From positions 1-64,000 of the IMG/VR virus record IMGVR_UViG_3300032334_001923: DNA of 64,000 nt; one strand, given 5' to 3'. Within the stretch, counting starts at the first letter, position 1, and each line of letters opens with the position of its first letter. Shown here one piece after another: positions 62,042-64,000 of this stretch. The stretch comes from a virus. Position numbers and translations under genes: made by a program. Below the pieces are notes generated by a model. It had not been told where the DNA came from, made no database searches, and was given only the letters and a program-made list of their open reading frames with translations.

Positions 62042-62332
62042 ATGGCAAACACTAGTAACCGCAAAGAACAAAGAAAGCTTATTAAGCAATTGGGTCTTAA
62101 TAAATCCAATGGTGGGATTAATGATTTTTCTCTAAATATAGAGATAGGAAAGGAAAAGCACCGTAGACACGTACAGGAAATGAAAAACAGAGAGATAATG
62201 GAAAAGGTCTATACTAATCCTAGCTCAGTAGAATCACAGGATCTTTTTTTTTACAGGGGTCAAGATGGACCTGAATATTCCAATCTTCAGGATCTTTTAG
62301 TTAATAGAAAATGGGACGAAACAGAGGATTAA
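62042..62332 (+). CDS. Hypothetical protein
   Basis: 96-aa ORF, NRKEQRKLIKQLG. Confidence 0.5.
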   Translation: MANTSNRKEQRKLIKQLGLNKSNGGINDFSLNIEIGKEKHRRHVQEMKNREIMEKVYTNPSSVESQDLFFYRGQDGPEYSNLQDLLVNRKWDETED

Positions 62333-62339
62333 TAAGTAA

Positions 62340-62669
62340 ATGACTAAAAAAATCAGCATAAACCTATACGTATCAAAATATTCACCCAAGGAGGCTCGAA
62401 AAAGATCCTGCTTGGACTGTGATTTTTATATAGTAGACATCTCCAAAATAATAAGGGATTTAGGATACGAAACCAGCGAACTGACCAGTGAATCTGAATT
62501 TATCCTAAATTACACCATTCGCAAGAAAATTATTCAGGGAATATATAGTACGAAGTGTGATAGCATACTCGTTTGCTATAAAAGCGTAACCCCTGAATTC
62601 TTAGAAAATCTAGAGAATTTTCTAGAGGAGCTTACAGATTCAATCGAGTACACTATCCACAGTTTGTAA
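62340..62669 (+). CDS. Hypothetical protein
   Basis: 109-aa ORF in operon. Confidence 0.5.
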   Translation: MTKKISINLYVSKYSPKEARKRSCLDCDFYIVDISKIIRDLGYETSELTSESEFILNYTIRKKIIQGIYSTKCDSILVCYKSVTPEFLENLENFLEELTDSIEYTIHSL

Positions 62670-62687
62670 AAAAATTGGATAGTTTTA

Positions 62688-64000
62688 ATGCCCAACGGAA
62701 ATCAAGGTTATAACAGATCCTCCTTCGGTCTAATTGACGAGGCTTTATATAATAGTAACGCCAACGCCATTGTATCGAGGTATAGTAACTTGGGAACCAA
62801 TAATCCCAACAAAGGACCTACTGCACGTTCACTCTTTTATGAGGCGGGAAAAAGATATCCAGGTAAATATGGACAATTTTTGCTATATTCTCTGGGAAAC
62901 TTTTCTAATGATTTTATAAATGCCTATTATAGATCGGAATCATCTGAATATAATAGCAGCATCTCTTCAGTTGAGTCAAAAAATCCAACTGCTGGATTTC
63001 TAGTTAGACAAACAGGACAGAATGAACAAATACTTCTTCAAAACAGAGGAATTCTTAGTGGAGTAGTTTCTGCTAATGCCTATAACGGAGCTATCGTTGG
63101 CGGGCTTGCCGCACCGTATTATTGGAAGGATTTTCTTTATTGCAAATACTATGGTGCAATTCCTAACAATTACATGATTACCTTAAGAAGGTTTCCTCAC
63201 CCTATTCTGGATAACTTCAGTATTCCTGATGCCGTTAAAAACGGATCTGCATTTTCGGAAGAAGGATCTGGAAGACCGGTAGCCCAAGCAGTTACTTGGT
63301 TTGGAGGAAACACTGGAAACAGTCTTAACTCATTAATTCAATTCTCAACGGGTATATCTTGGAAAGATGCCAGCCAGGATATAACTAAAACCCAAGAGGC
63401 CTTTTCTAAAGGACTCTGGTTTGATGGGCCTGCCAATTTAGTTGGAAAAGTAACGGACGCACTAGGGACTAAAGGGCTCACCGATGTGGCTAAATCTTTT
63501 ATTGATGGAGCTATAGCTGCTTCAGATCCATCTCAAACAATTACCAATGCAATCAGAGTAAAAGGTCTTAGAGATAGAGCTAAAGAGCAAGGCGGACTTA
63601 TGAGTGAATACATCTGGGTTCCTGTTGACGTTGTTAAGGGAGGACAAGTTAGAGATGTCGGATTACCTTTTACTTGGGGTGAGTTTAAAGTTACATTTGA
63701 GTATGATCTTACTTCAGTTGGAGAGGTAAACTCTAAAGCTGCCTTATTGGATATAATGGGGAATCTTTTATCAATTGGTACTAACTACGGTAACTTCTTA
63801 ACACCAGATATAAGATACAATAGTAATTTCCCAGTGGTTGGATTTCCTGGTGGGAATAAAGGTCTTGAACTCTATTACAAAGATCCGATATCCTGGTTTG
63901 TTAAATACGGAAAGGAGATAGCATCAATAGCTAATCCTGGAGGATCCAACGAGAACGGCGAGGGCGGTGAAGAGACCGGGCCTAGCAAATTAGAAGAGAT
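62688..64000 (+). CDS. 3'-truncated conserved-looking hypothetical protein (possible baseplate/tube-initiator), missing from the ORF track
   Basis: ATG 62688 (MPNGNQGYNR...) is open to the window end; includes WKDFLYCKYYGAIPNNYMITLRRFP. Confidence 0.7.
   Translation, partial: MPNGNQGYNRSSFGLIDEALYNSNANAIVSRYSNLGTNNPNKGPTARSLFYEAGKRYPGKYGQFLLYSLGNFSNDFINAYYRSESSEYNSSISSVESKNPTAGFLVRQTGQNEQILLQNRGILSGVVSANAYNGAIVGGLAAPYYWKDFLYCKYYGAIPNNYMITLRRFPHPILDNFSIPDAVKNGSAFSEEGSGRPVAQAVTWFGGNTGNSLNSLIQFSTGISWKDASQDITKTQEAFSKGLWFDGPANLVGKVTDALGTKGLTDVAKSFIDGAIAASDPSQTITNAIRVKGLRDRAKEQGGLMSEYIWVPVDVVKGGQVRDVGLPFTWGEFKVTFEYDLTSVGEVNSKAALLDIMGNLLSIGTNYGNFLTPDIRYNSNFPVVGFPGGNKGLELYYKDPISWFVKYGKEIASIANPGGSNENGEGGEETGPSKLEE

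Noticed and set aside
1-64000. Stop-codon reassignment (genetic code 15 or 4)
   Set aside because: Conserved genes are full-length under code 11, and TAA, TAG (ligase) and TGA (gp26-like) all end genes at expected positions
1-64000. Eukaryotic giant virus or bacterial chromosome origin
   Set aside because: Complete T4-type head, tail and sigma gene set with bacterial-type promoters and terminators

Overview
AT-rich, almost entirely + strand, densely coding segment of a large T4-like myophage; there are no cellular housekeeping genes. Promoter and 5'-UTR signatures point to a Bacteroidota host. Morphogenesis genes: gp14-like neck, terminase gp16/gp17, sheath gp18, two tail tubes, gp26/gp51-like hub genes, a tape-measure-like protein, gp55, gp4, gp2, two full-length portals, a gp21 protease-gp22 scaffold fusion and major capsid gp23. 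Replication and nucleotide genes: ligase, clamp loader, RNase H, Gmk, dCMP deaminase, exonucleases, Nudix, a dNMP kinase and an AsnB-like enzyme. Main discoveries read from the sequence: (1) a candidate phage protein O-heptosylation system (Aah/TibC-type heptosyltransferase, GT4 and HldE kinase, with Gly-Ser-Ser repeat fibres as likely acceptors); (2) a three-tier promoter cascade: host Bacteroidota TAnnTTTG early promoters, then G(A/G)AA(C/T)-N17-(C/G)TAnAA promoters attributed to a phage ECF sigma, then GATATATA late promoters attributed to gp55; (3) tandem duplicate portals; (4) a family of about 10 late proteins with T4 capsid-targeting-like N-termini, including an atypical nucleotidyltransferase; (5) a nested scaffold gene with its own promoter inside the protease gene; (6) two candidate programmed frameshifts; (7) a candidate late small RNA. 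All protein assignments come from motif recognition by eye, not from database searches.
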